Shown here: piece by piece, positions 8,319-17,329 of the stretch | Layout: each line of letters opens with the position of its first letter | How positions within the stretch are numbered: the stretch's first letter is position 1 | IMG/VR virus record: IMGVR_UViG_3300047476_002078 | Location: 291,875 to 355,874 of that record | DNA length: 64,000 nt | Strand: one strand, 5' to 3' | Translations under genes and position numbers: made by a program | Notes under the pieces: model-generated | Told to the model about the DNA's origin: nothing | Databases searched by the model: none | Seen by the model: only the letters and a program-made list of their open reading frames with translations

Positions 8319-9626
8319 ATGAGAAACAGACTTACAAGATTAAAGAAAGCAGACCCTTTCACACTAGGACGTGAAAAAGAGAATCCACCTGTTGAAAAAT
8401 ATACTAACGGGGACCCTGATTCATGGGCTGAGACTCCTTACGACAAAAAACATTGGGAAGACGATAAGCGTGAAGAAACTAACCACGCTGCCGAATCAGA
8501 CCACAATTTCGGTGCTTCTGTAAAAGCTTCTGTAAAAGTTGCTCGTGAACTTCGTGAAAAAGCACTTAAATGCGTTCACATTGCTTCTGCTCTTTTCCCT
8601 ACAGCTTCAGAAGAAACTCTTGAAGCTCAAGGATTTGACCTTATGGAACTTTCTGATCGTTCAATCGAAGCAACACTTAAACGTATTGCTGAAATGGAAG
8701 AAATGAAAGAAGACGAAGCTCAAGAAGAAGAACAAGAAGAAGTAATGAAAGAAGCTCGTTCTCTTCTCGCAAAAGTTCGTTCTTTAATTGCTGAAGCTGA
8801 AGAAGGAGAAAAAGAAGAAGCTCTTGAAGAAGATGAAGCTTGTGAAGACGAAGAAGAAATGAATCAAGCTGAAAAAGCTGCATCTGTTCTTGTTAAAAAA
8901 GCTTCGGCTCTTGTAGCTGCCGCTGAGTATGAAGAAGAAATTGGTGCTGAAGAAGAAGCTGAAGCTAAAAAAGAAGAAGCAAAGCAAATCCTTGCTAAGG
9001 CTAAAAAAATTCTTGCAGGAGAGCTTCCACCAGCACTTAAAGAAAATGCAGAAAAGATGAAAAAACTTCATGAAGAAGGTGCAGAAGTTGATAATTCTAA
9101 ACTTAATACTGAAGGTCTTGAAGAAGCAGAAATGAGTCTTGAGGAAAAGAAAGAAGCTGCCCTTCGCCACTTAGCCGCTGCTAAAAAGCTTATGGCTGAA
9201 GTTGGAGTTGAAGATAAAGAAGAAGCTCACGAAGAAGAAGCACAATCTGAAGCTATGGAAGAAGAAGTAGAATCTGAAGAAGAAGCTATGGAAGAAGAAG
9301 TAGAATCTGAAGAAGAAGCTATGGAAGACGAAGAAGAACTTTCTATGGAAGAAGTTGACATGATTCCGTCTGAAAAAGACGAAGCTCTTGAAGACCTTTT
9401 CATGTCTCCTGATATGAAAGATGCTAAAGAAGCTTATGAAGACGCTTTCGGTGGGGAAGCTCACGAAGAGAAAGAAGAAAAACAAGCTTCTAAAACAGCT
9501 TCAAAGGCTCCTAAAAAAGGTGCTAAAACTCTGAAAGGTGGATTAAAAATTAGCTCTGTAAATAGTGCTGAAGATTTATCTAACTTGTGGGACTGCCCAC
9601 CAGATGTTTCTCACCTATTTAAGTAA
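8319..9626 (+). CDS. putative capsid scaffolding protein (Glu/Ala-rich, helical)
   Basis: GGAGG RBS; extreme E/A/K content; codon bias of a highly expressed gene (GCT, GAA, CGT, CTT); lies between protease and capsid genes; short conserved-looking C-terminus LSNLWDCPPDVSHLFK. Confidence 0.65.
   Translation: MRNRLTRLKKADPFTLGREKENPPVEKYTNGDPDSWAETPYDKKHWEDDKREETNHAAESDHNFGASVKASVKVARELREKALKCVHIASALFPTASEETLEAQGFDLMELSDRSIEATLKRIAEMEEMKEDEAQEEEQEEVMKEARSLLAKVRSLIAEAEEGEKEEALEEDEACEDEEEMNQAEKAASVLVKKASALVAAAEYEEEIGAEEEAEAKKEEAKQILAKAKKILAGELPPALKENAEKMKKLHEEGAEVDNSKLNTEGLEEAEMSLEEKKEAALRHLAAAKKLMAEVGVEDKEEAHEEEAQSEAMEEEVESEEEAMEEEVESEEEAMEDEEELSMEEVDMIPSEKDEALEDLFMSPDMKDAKEAYEDAFGGEAHEEKEEKQASKTASKAPKKGAKTLKGGLKISSVNSAEDLSNLWDCPPDVSHLFK
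9249..9328 (+). repeat. 33-bp tandem repeat (about 2.4 copies) encoding EAMEEEVESEE
   Basis: GAAGCTATGGAAGAAGAAGTAGAATCTGAAGAA repeated directly. Confidence 0.85.
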
Positions 9627-9651
9627 TTGATCTGATAAAGGGAGATAGCAG

Positions 9652-10182
9652 ATGCTAACATTATTGTACGTCGGTCATAGAGTAAGTTTAGGAAAGTTGA
9701 ATAACGCTGCTTTTACTAAAAGTAATGCAAGCGGAAATTTACAACTTGCCAACAACACTACTCTTCTCCCTTACAGAGACATTGCAGGAGTTCTAGGCGG
9801 TTCTGTGGCGGCAGCGGTTGGGTCAGATATTATCGGACCTGCGGGTGCTGCCGCATCCAACGATGCTGTCGTTGGTATTTTTATGAACAACGCTGCGGGA
9901 AATCCTTTTGAAAACTCTCCAGCCGCCGCTTCAGGAATTTGTCCTTATGTAAGCGGTATGGGTGTTTATGAAGTGGATATTTTTGAAACCTGTGATGTGA
10001 GTGGTAATCCAATAGCTTTGCCACAAGTAGGGGATAAACTTTATAGCTCACAAAATGGATTGTTGACGACCGCCGCTGGATTAGCAGGAGGAACGGTTCC
10101 AAATGGTGCAACACTAATTGGGATTGTAACAAGTGCTCCAACAGGTTCCAACATGATTATGAAATTTGAATTACGTATTTAA
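9652..10182 (+). CDS. putative head decoration / cement protein 1
   Basis: Gly/Ala-rich beta protein just upstream of the capsid gene; GDKLYSSQNGLLT...IGIVT pattern typical of decoration (DUF2190 / lambda gpD-like) proteins. Confidence 0.6.
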   Translation: MLTLLYVGHRVSLGKLNNAAFTKSNASGNLQLANNTTLLPYRDIAGVLGGSVAAAVGSDIIGPAGAAASNDAVVGIFMNNAAGNPFENSPAAASGICPYVSGMGVYEVDIFETCDVSGNPIALPQVGDKLYSSQNGLLTTAAGLAGGTVPNGATLIGIVTSAPTGSNMIMKFELRI

Positions 10183-10238
10183 TTTTTTAACAATAACAGA
10201 CTAATAAATTTTTAATTACAGTCTAGGAGGATTTAACA

Positions 10239-10688
10239 ATGGCTTTTGAACTTTTACACGCAGTAAAGCGTCCCACAGTTCTAAAACTTGGCTCTGGTGT
10301 TGACAAGACTCTTGTCGAAGCAGGGAAAGTGGCGGCTGTGAACACGTCAGGAGAATTAGTTATCGGTGCAGACAATGAAGCTGCTCCAGTAGGTATTTTC
10401 CAAGTACAGGGATACGTCCCATCTTATCAATCTACAGGATTACTTGATTCGCAAATCAACGGAGCCGTTGGTTCCGCTGGCGGTGGAGTAACTGTATCAC
10501 TTATCGCAGGTGCAGGTGCAGTTTTTAAAACTGACCAGTTCGTGTCACTTAGTTCAGCGGCTATCGGCTCTGAGCTTGTTTGTGGTGCAGGCGGTAAGTT
10601 AAAAGTTAAGGGAGTTTCTACAGCACCAGTTGTAGGGCTACTTATTGGTAAAGATGGCGATTTAGCAATCGTACAAATGAGACTTTAA
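10239..10688 (+). CDS. putative head decoration / cement protein 2
   Basis: AGGAGG RBS; same G.EL..GA.GKL...VVG pattern as the preceding gene; adjacent to the capsid gene. Confidence 0.6.
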   Translation: MAFELLHAVKRPTVLKLGSGVDKTLVEAGKVAAVNTSGELVIGADNEAAPVGIFQVQGYVPSYQSTGLLDSQINGAVGSAGGGVTVSLIAGAGAVFKTDQFVSLSSAAIGSELVCGAGGKLKVKGVSTAPVVGLLIGKDGDLAIVQMRL

Positions 10689-10762
10689 TTTTTTAACAAT
10701 TATTAAGTAGGTGCTAGTGGACGAAAATTCCACGAACGGTACTGAAAAAGGAGTTTTTAACA

Positions 10763-11632
10763 ATGAAACCAGCAGATAACGCAACAAAACAAAAAGTAAT
10801 CAGCGAACTGATTAAAACCGCCGCAGGCAGAGCAAAATTAGCTGCCTCTATGGTTCAACCTCTTCGCTTCCGTCGTGATTACACTTCAATTGGACGTAAA
10901 ACATTCCTAGTTGAAGCTTTACCAGATGGAGCACTTCCAATCTACGATAAAGACCCAAAGGCTACTGCCTACATTATCGGTGAAGAAGGTGAAAACATTC
11001 TTGCTATCCAAAAGCCTAAGCGTGTTATTTTCCCTCTTTTCGAGATTGCTTCTAACCCAGAAATTCCTCTAACGCAGATCAAAGAGCGTCGCTTCGACCT
11101 AATCGAACGTGCTCAAGACCTTGCTAAAGCTGAAATTCAAGCTGAAGAAGATGGTCGTGTATTTGAAATCATGAACGCAATCGCAGGTGCGGCTACTGAC
11201 GATGGTATCACTAACCCTGATATTCCAGTTGTAGCTCCTCTAACTGCTTCTGTTATGGCTGACTCTTTTGCAGACGTTGAGCGTCACGATCTTCGTGTTG
11301 CTAAAATTTTCGCAAACGCTAAAGACTATACAGATATTCGTAAATGGGGTCGCGACGTTCTCGACATCGAAACTCAGCAAACATTACTTAAAACAGGTCT
11401 TCTTGCATACCTTTGGGGTGCTCAAATTCTTGTTTCTCGTCGTGTTCCAGTAAACTACGTTTATACTTGCTGTGAAGCAGAAATGTTTGGACGTATTCCT
11501 GTAAGAACTGAACTTACTGTTCTTTCTGCGGATGATCCGAAAGCAAGAACTATCGGTTTCTCAATCTTTGAAAATATCGGAATTGGTGCTCATAACCCTG
11601 CCGGTCTTTCAAGACTTGTTCTTACTCGATAA
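10763..11632 (+). CDS. major capsid protein (HK97 fold)
   Basis: GRAKLAASMVQPL...LPDGALPIYD...FEIASNPEI...EEDGRV pattern, which from memory resembles capsids of Bxz1/E3-like myoviruses. AAGGAG RBS, strong high-expression codon bias, followed by a strong terminator. Confidence 0.85.
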   Translation: MKPADNATKQKVISELIKTAAGRAKLAASMVQPLRFRRDYTSIGRKTFLVEALPDGALPIYDKDPKATAYIIGEEGENILAIQKPKRVIFPLFEIASNPEIPLTQIKERRFDLIERAQDLAKAEIQAEEDGRVFEIMNAIAGAATDDGITNPDIPVVAPLTASVMADSFADVERHDLRVAKIFANAKDYTDIRKWGRDVLDIETQQTLLKTGLLAYLWGAQILVSRRVPVNYVYTCCEAEMFGRIPVRTELTVLSADDPKARTIGFSIFENIGIGAHNPAGLSRLVLTR

Positions 11633-11655
11633 TCAATTTTTTTGTGAATCTAGTG

Positions 11656-11690
11656 AAGGGCGACCAGAAATGGTCGCCCTTTTTATTTTG
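11656..11690 (+). terminator. intrinsic terminator after the major capsid gene
   Basis: Perfect 11-bp stem AAGGGCGACCA-GAAA-TGGTCGCCCTT followed by TTTATTTT. Confidence 0.9.
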
Positions 11691-13515
11691 TGATTTTAAA
11701 TTTCCAATTTCCAGAATTCCATATTGAATAAATTCCTTTAGACGATAGAATTTGATCTGCGGTTAAATTGCTATTAAATGATTCTGGAAAAAATGATTTA
11801 ATTTTATGTTTTTGAAATGCTTCTCTTGACCAACGTCTGCGAAAATTTGTGTAGAATAATCTCGGTCCTGTATCTTCTACTAACTCAAATCCGTTTTTAA
11901 AATACACTGTGTTTTCTGCTACTGGAGATAAGTCTCTATCGCAGTATGAAATTATTGTATGCCATTTAAGAGTCTTCATAGCGTGTTTTAAGAGCCTTGA
12001 AAAACCTCCTCTAACCGATGTTCCTAGTCGAGAAGAGAATCTACTGATCTCTAACCCTTCTGGATGATTACGAAAACTCATTGCACATTGTATTTCATCT
12101 TTTTCATCTACCAAAGCAAATTGAGCTATTGCTTGAGCCTTACCATAAACATGTGTTTCATCAAAAAACTTAGAACAATCTATTTCTTTTATTTTTAGTG
12201 ATCTAGCATTTTTCTTATCTAATATTCCTAGCTCTGACTTAATAACTGATTGTATTTTTAAAAGACTCCAATCTTCCCAAAGATGAATTAACCTTATCCC
12301 TTCTTTGGTTGCGGATTGTGTCTTATTTAAGTGATAATTTTTTTCAACGGGTTTACCCCATTGTAAAGAGTGGGTGCTGTGGTGATATAGGCTATCAATT
12401 TCAAAAGCTAATTTTTTACTTTCAATATAAATATCTATCTCAAACCATTTACCTGTTGATGTGTTTTTAATAACGTCTTTAGTATTACACTGAACATTGA
12501 ATCCGAGAGACTCTATATATGAAGCTAATGCTATTTCAAGTTGTCCTCTTTTATTACCTACAAGCGGAAAGCATTTTCGACACCGTGGGGTCAAATAAAG
12601 GTCATCATAAAATTCTAACCCACAATCTAAATGTTTTATTTTGTATTGTTTATATCCCTTAGTAAAACCGTCTTTGGTAAAGATTCCTTTGTATTCATCG
12701 AGTAGAGCATAATTAAAAAAATCAAGAGTTTTTAATACCTCTGCATATTTTTTATCAGTGATGGTAGCGACTCTTTTTTGTATAACTTCTTGATTTGAAA
12801 GAGGTGATTCACTTCCATACCGAACTTTATTAGTATTTTGAATTTTTGAACGAACTATATTTGAAGATGCTGCGTGAGCAGTTCCATATCTTTCAATATT
12901 TGTGTTTAATATTTTCTGTTTTACTTCAGGGTCTTGTTGAGCAAAATTAAAACCATAGCGACATAGGTTTGTCTCTTTTCTTTTTACAAGAGCCTCTTCA
13001 GATGTAGCAGAAACACTTTGAGAAATTTTAACTCTTGAATCTACGAATTGAGCGACATTATCGACACAGTATTTTTCTTTTACTGTTATCTGAGTAGCTT
13101 TTTTAATTTCATCTGATTGTTGAGCGTACTCAACTCCATACAATTTCTTTGTAGTAGATCGCATTTTTTCGATTGCTAACTTTCTATTTTCTGATTCTTT
13201 GCGTAGCTCTAGGTTAAAAAGATTAAATCTTTCTTTTATAGTATTAGGCTTGATACCAAGTTTAGAAGAAAGAGATTCAATACTTTCACCTGACTTATAA
13301 TCATTATGGATATTTTCCCAGTATTCTTTATCATTTTTTGGGACAAGAGGTTTAAAAGAATTTCGAGGAAAGTAGTGGCTTTCAGAACTAAATCCTAAAG
13401 AACGCATACGGGAGTTAAAGGTTGCTTTTTTGTAACCTAATACAATCATAGCTTCTTCTTTGGAAATCTTTCCATGTGCATAATTAAGTAAGATTTGTGT
13501 TTCTTCAGGAGACAT
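11683..13515 (-). CDS. Hef-like putative homing endonuclease (HTH, YG-x-x-N/Y-x-x-Q repeats, Zn finger, Vsr/PD-(D/E)xK-like nuclease, GNAT-like C-terminus)
   Basis: ATG 13515 with AGGAGG RBS. Repeats YGVEYAQQ, YCVDNVAQ, YGFNFAQQ, YGTAHAAS, YGSESPLS; HLDCG...CRKC; EIDIYIESKKLAFEIDSLYHHS; EISRFSS...GGFSRLLK...IISYCDRD. Confidence 0.7.
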   Translation of the reverse strand: MSPEETQILLNYAHGKISKEEAMIVLGYKKATFNSRMRSLGFSSESHYFPRNSFKPLVPKNDKEYWENIHNDYKSGESIESLSSKLGIKPNTIKERFNLFNLELRKESENRKLAIEKMRSTTKKLYGVEYAQQSDEIKKATQITVKEKYCVDNVAQFVDSRVKISQSVSATSEEALVKRKETNLCRYGFNFAQQDPEVKQKILNTNIERYGTAHAASSNIVRSKIQNTNKVRYGSESPLSNQEVIQKRVATITDKKYAEVLKTLDFFNYALLDEYKGIFTKDGFTKGYKQYKIKHLDCGLEFYDDLYLTPRCRKCFPLVGNKRGQLEIALASYIESLGFNVQCNTKDVIKNTSTGKWFEIDIYIESKKLAFEIDSLYHHSTHSLQWGKPVEKNYHLNKTQSATKEGIRLIHLWEDWSLLKIQSVIKSELGILDKKNARSLKIKEIDCSKFFDETHVYGKAQAIAQFALVDEKDEIQCAMSFRNHPEGLEISRFSSRLGTSVRGGFSRLLKHAMKTLKWHTIISYCDRDLSPVAENTVYFKNGFELVEDTGPRLFYTNFRRRWSREAFQKHKIKSFFPESFNSNLTADQILSSKGIYSIWNSGNWKFKITK

Positions 13516-13996
13516 CAAGTCCTCCTTTAAGCTTTAGTAGAACCTCTTCAACAGTTAAATTTGGGTAATATTTTTCTTGAACGTATTTAAGCTTTTTAAT
13601 ATTTATATTTGTGGGCTTATTCTTATAGTATGAATCATTTCTAAGTTGAGAAGACATACAACCACAGCTTTTAGTTGTTCCTTTAATAAGATACTGGCTC
13701 CTTACATCAACTACATTTCCGCAAAAACATAAGCACGTCCAATAACCTCTACGAGATATTTTTTGTGTAGTTAAAAAACCAAATTTTTGATTCTCTTGAA
13801 TTTTTCTTCGACCAGATAAAACTTTTTTTCTTAAACATCCGCAAGATTTTGTATTTTTTAACAAATATGTATTTTTTTCACAGATAGTTCCACAGTCACA
13901 CATAACAAGCCAGTTACGGTTTTTCTTATCGTTTTCTAATTGGTCTATCACGACCATTGATCCAAACCTTTCTCCGATTAAACTTTTTCTTTTCAT
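13505..13996 (-). CDS. Cys-repeat protein of the type found N-terminal in phage HNH/AP2 endonucleases, lacking a nuclease domain
   Basis: Two copies of G-x-(R/K)-FG...W.(C/V).C(D/F)CG...K-SCGC. Confidence 0.65.
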   Translation of the reverse strand: MKRKSLIGERFGSMVVIDQLENDKKNRNWLVMCDCGTICEKNTYLLKNTKSCGCLRKKVLSGRRKIQENQKFGFLTTQKISRRGYWTCLCFCGNVVDVRSQYLIKGTTKSCGCMSSQLRNDSYYKNKPTNINIKKLKYVQEKYYPNLTVEEVLLKLKGGLDVS

Positions 13997-14817
13997 GATC
14001 TTTTAGGATAAGGTAAAGGTGTATAATTTTTAAGGCTGTTTAATTTTAAAGACTCTTTTTTATTAGAGCCTAAAACAAGAATGTATTTTCCTTTAGGTGA
14101 GATTTGTATTTTTTCAGATTCTTTTACGATAGAATTAATCCAATTTTTCCATGCTTTATTTACATCTTGTGGTATTTTAGAAAGGTCTTTAAAACCGTTT
14201 TCTTTTATCCAACTCGGTTCTATTTTGACATTATTCTCTTTCGCCCATTTTTTTAAAGTGGATGTTCGATAAAGAGACTGCTTTGAAAAAGGAGCACCTT
14301 TTTTAAATTTAGGATGAGTCAACATGTTTTTTGTTCCAAAATTACATCCTAGATAATCAAAATTGCAAGCTTGGTATATTGTTCCTATTTCATTGGCGGA
14401 AGAATCAGCATAAGCTACGAAAGCTCTTTTAGGTGTGGTTTTAACCATTTCTTTACATGAGAACATGATTAACCTGCTTCCGAGATTTTTTGGAGTCCAT
14501 GAAGCACAAGCACCCCGCTGAATTAAGGCTTCATATTTTTTGGTATCTTTCCCCAAAACATTTGAATATGAGCTAGGTTCATTTATTAAAACCACTCCGC
14601 CGAGTAAATTGTTATACCTTGCTGTAAAAACCCATTTAGGTTTTGTTCCTATATTTCCTAACCATTCATAAGTTTTTATAAAATCTATAATTTCTGAATT
14701 TAATATTTCTTGCTTCAAAGAAAAGTCCGAAGCTTTTAAATTACTAGAGTCAAAATTTAGATTAACTAAATCAGCTTCTAACCTTTGCTCTCGGATAATT
14801 CTTTGATGGCATTTCAT
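13993..14817 (-). CDS. Mom-like (GNAT-fold) putative DNA adenine modification protein
   Basis: FIKTYEWLG, LIQRGACASWTPKNLGSRLIMFS, VAYADSSANEIGTIYQACNFDYLG match the pattern of Mu Mom-family proteins. Confidence 0.65.
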   Translation of the reverse strand: MKCHQRIIREQRLEADLVNLNFDSSNLKASDFSLKQEILNSEIIDFIKTYEWLGNIGTKPKWVFTARYNNLLGGVVLINEPSSYSNVLGKDTKKYEALIQRGACASWTPKNLGSRLIMFSCKEMVKTTPKRAFVAYADSSANEIGTIYQACNFDYLGCNFGTKNMLTHPKFKKGAPFSKQSLYRTSTLKKWAKENNVKIEPSWIKENGFKDLSKIPQDVNKAWKNWINSIVKESEKIQISPKGKYILVLGSNKKESLKLNSLKNYTPLPYPKRS

Positions 14818-15716
14818 AGTAATTTATATTTTAATGTTGGTATTATGTTTGGTTCAAGTATTTTACTAAGAATTAAGGCATTTATTCCTTGAAAATATAT
14901 TCTTTTATTTCGAGTATAAGATTCAATTTTCCACCGACTTTTGAACCACTTTATACAATTGTTTATATCTTCTTCAGAAAAACAATCTGTGCTTATTCCC
15001 AATAAATTTTCATTCTTGAAACCATCATCTTGAAACCAAAAAGCTAAACCTCTGTCATCAAGACTATTAAGAACTTCTTCTGATACTATTTTTAATTTGT
15101 TTTTATAAAAAAGGCTGTGAATGTCATTGAATATAGGATTTGTTTCTGTTCTAAAAGAAACACTTTGGTAGTTTTTGTTAGTTCTTTTGTCAAATCTTTC
15201 AAAAATTTTAGGAGGTTGTTGGACAAAGTTTTTAAGAATATTATATTTTAATTCCACATAGTCTTTTTGTTTTAAACCATGCTCTATTTTTAATCTACCT
15301 TTGTTTCTATGCAATTCAATACTAGCATCACCCAACAAAGACCCTTTTATAAGCTGTTCCTGAATAGGGCTAATCCAATTAAGTAGTTCATTTTTTGAGT
15401 CTGAGATAACATCGCTTACTATTCGGAATCTAACTAAAGCTTTTTTTATAGCGTCAACATTGGTGTTTTTATTTGAAGCTATCTCTTCAATAGATTTATT
15501 GTTTTCTAAAAATTCTTTTATCAGATAATGTTTTTGGAGAGACACTCCGTCTTGCCTTCTCAGAGTTATTTTTTCTTTTTTAAATATTTGATACAAAGTT
15601 GAAGTCGAAAGACCTACCTTGGAGGCTATTTCAGATACGGGAACGCCTTCAGAATACATTTTGATTATGGTTTCAAACATATTGAATTTACTAACATTAC
15701 TATATTTTTGTGTCAA
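14814..15716 (-). CDS. LAGLIDADG homing endonuclease with N-terminal HTH repeats
   Basis: IKGSLLGDASI (motif 1), GLAFWFQDDG (motif 2), IEHGLKQKDY. Confidence 0.85.
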   Translation of the reverse strand: MTQKYSNVSKFNMFETIIKMYSEGVPVSEIASKVGLSTSTLYQIFKKEKITLRRQDGVSLQKHYLIKEFLENNKSIEEIASNKNTNVDAIKKALVRFRIVSDVISDSKNELLNWISPIQEQLIKGSLLGDASIELHRNKGRLKIEHGLKQKDYVELKYNILKNFVQQPPKIFERFDKRTNKNYQSVSFRTETNPIFNDIHSLFYKNKLKIVSEEVLNSLDDRGLAFWFQDDGFKNENLLGISTDCFSEEDINNCIKWFKSRWKIESYTRNKRIYFQGINALILSKILEPNIIPTLKYKLL

Positions 15717-15769
15717 TTTAATTATTTTAGCAACTATTCACTGAATAAACCTTTATTTTTTCATAATAA

Positions 15770-16111
15770 GTGAATCTTTTACATAAGGTAATCATGGACG
15801 ATCTGCTTAAAGATTTTCAAGGAGGGGAATGGCGACCAAAGAATTTGGTTCAGCCTGCCTTGGCTAAAGCTTTGTTGTCGGAAATGTCAAAACTGAAAAA
15901 AACAGTAGATGTTTTAGAGAATCAAGACTTGCCGAGTATTAAAAAGATGTTAGCTCGTCTTAATATGTATTTGGCGAAAGCGAATCAAGTTAAGTCGATA
16001 AACCATGTAGATTACTTAGTATTTATTGCAAATGCGTTGATAGATATACAAGAAATTGTTGGATGGTATCAAAGAAATAAACAAATCCTTAAAGGGGGAA
16101 AAAATGGCTAA
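15770..16111 (+). CDS. hypothetical helical protein
   Basis: Resumes the plus-strand operon; overlaps the next gene; start may be the ATG about 24 nt downstream. Confidence 0.6.
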   Translation: MNLLHKVIMDDLLKDFQGGEWRPKNLVQPALAKALLSEMSKLKKTVDVLENQDLPSIKKMLARLNMYLAKANQVKSINHVDYLVFIANALIDIQEIVGWYQRNKQILKGGKNG

Positions 16112-16382
16112 GGTTTTAACACACACTGGAGAAGTTACAACTGCGAGTGGAGGATTTCAAGTAGGTCCTTTTACATCACCTATTTATCTTGGTTTTCTTG
16201 AAAAAAGAAACGGATTAGGTGGAGGTGTAGCAGTTGGTCAAGCAGGTCAAGATCAGTACCTTGCTTCAGGCAATTCTATTATCGTAGAAGAAACGTCTCA
16301 GTATCTTTTAGCAGTCGCTTCTGGCGGTGCTCTTGATAAGTTCGTTGTTATGGGACTTATTGAAATTTCTGATCCAGAATAA
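16104..16382 (+). CDS. small virion-type hypothetical protein
   Basis: Start revised to ATG 16104 (AAGGGGG RBS); Gly-rich beta character; followed by a hairpin. Confidence 0.65.
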   Translation: MAKVLTHTGEVTTASGGFQVGPFTSPIYLGFLEKRNGLGGGVAVGQAGQDQYLASGNSIIVEETSQYLLAVASGGALDKFVVMGLIEISDPE

Positions 16383-16392
16383 ATTTAATTAA

Positions 16393-16416
16393 GGGCGGAG
16401 AAATAAATCTCCGCCC
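16393..16416 (+). terminator. stem-loop (possible terminator or RNA-stabilising hairpin)
   Basis: GGGCGGAGA-AATAAA-TCTCCGCCC, 9-bp perfect stem, weak U-tract. Confidence 0.55.
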
Positions 16417-16436
16417 GAATTTAAAAGAGATTTAAA

Positions 16437-16673
16437 ATGAATGAATATAAAACATCTGATTTGTACTTCGCTGCTTATCTTCAAACGGCAGGATGTACTT
16501 TAAAAAGAACAGAAAAGACTGGAAACAGAGTATTTTTTATTTTTGAGTATCAGCCTTTACTAGATGATTTAAAGCTTCAATACTTTAATGGAGAGGCAAA
16601 AGTTAAGGCTCAACCTTACGCCGCTTCAATAAAAAATTTGAAGTCTCTCACACATCAAGTAATGTCTGCTTAA
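16437..16673 (+). CDS. DUF5659-like small protein
   Basis: YKTSDLYFAAYLQTAG...RVFFIFE pattern recalled from this small phage family. Confidence 0.55.
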   Translation: MNEYKTSDLYFAAYLQTAGCTLKRTEKTGNRVFFIFEYQPLLDDLKLQYFNGEAKVKAQPYAASIKNLKSLTHQVMSA

Positions 16674-16720
16674 TCCACAAATAATTTTCTTTTCTTGAGA
16701 AATTTTATTAAGGAAAGAAA

Positions 16721-17320
16721 ATGAAAATTTTTAATATAGGGGATTATGCAGATTTCGTTTTTGAATCTAATGAAATAGTAACCGCTATTCAAATTAAAAT
16801 ATTCAATATAGTTGAACCTAAGCCAGCGTATGTACTAAGTAATTTGGAGCCTTTTGCTGATTTAGAAAATACTTCAATCACTTTATCCGTTAGCGGAGGT
16901 AGTGAAGAAACAGTTGTGTTTGATAAAAATTATCAAACTGCTTCAGATGTCGCTAATTTTATTAATTCTGAAATATACCCAAATTTTGACTTCACGGCAG
17001 TAGAAGACAAAGGAAGAATTAAAATCCAAAGTCTTTTGGAAGGCAGTCAATCAAATTTAATTATTTCATCTAACACCTCTTTGGGGTTTTCTGAAGGTAT
17101 TTATTTTGGCGAAGATTTATCAAAAAATGATTACTTAGGTGGGATAGAATTTTCTTCGATATTCAGCGGTCTTTATGCAGTTTCACTATACCTAGATTCT
17201 GAATTTTTTGTACCTAATGAAACTTATTTTCTTTTAGTAGAACTTGAAAATTATAAGATAATAAAAGAATTTAAAGTAGTTAAAAAACAAACTTTTGCAT
17301 CTGTTAATTTCGTTAGCTAA
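16721..17320 (+). CDS. putative virion (neck/tail-associated) protein
   Basis: TASDVANFINS...GRIKIQS...SNLII...LGF module, seen in tail-sheath insertion domains. Confidence 0.55.
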   Translation: MKIFNIGDYADFVFESNEIVTAIQIKIFNIVEPKPAYVLSNLEPFADLENTSITLSVSGGSEETVVFDKNYQTASDVANFINSEIYPNFDFTAVEDKGRIKIQSLLEGSQSNLIISSNTSLGFSEGIYFGEDLSKNDYLGGIEFSSIFSGLYAVSLYLDSEFFVPNETYFLLVELENYKIIKEFKVVKKQTFASVNFVS

Positions 17321-17329
17321 GGAGATACT

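Larger units (their letters stand above)
11683..15716 (-). mobile_element. antisense cassette of four genes (LAGLIDADG endonuclease, Mom-like protein, Cys-repeat protein, Hef-like endonuclease) inserted in the head operon
   Basis: Four overlapping minus-strand ORFs interrupting an otherwise all-plus structural operon; at least two are homing-endonuclease-type. Confidence 0.55.

Noticed and set aside
8677-9485. Phe/Leu-rich minus-strand ORFs
   Set aside because: Antisense shadows of the GAA-rich scaffold gene.
15680-15716. Perfect TTGACA at the annotated TTG start of the LAGLIDADG gene as a promoter
   Set aside because: The matching -10 region (TAGTAA) is poor. It may mean the true start is the ATG at 15680, but this cannot be decided from sequence alone.
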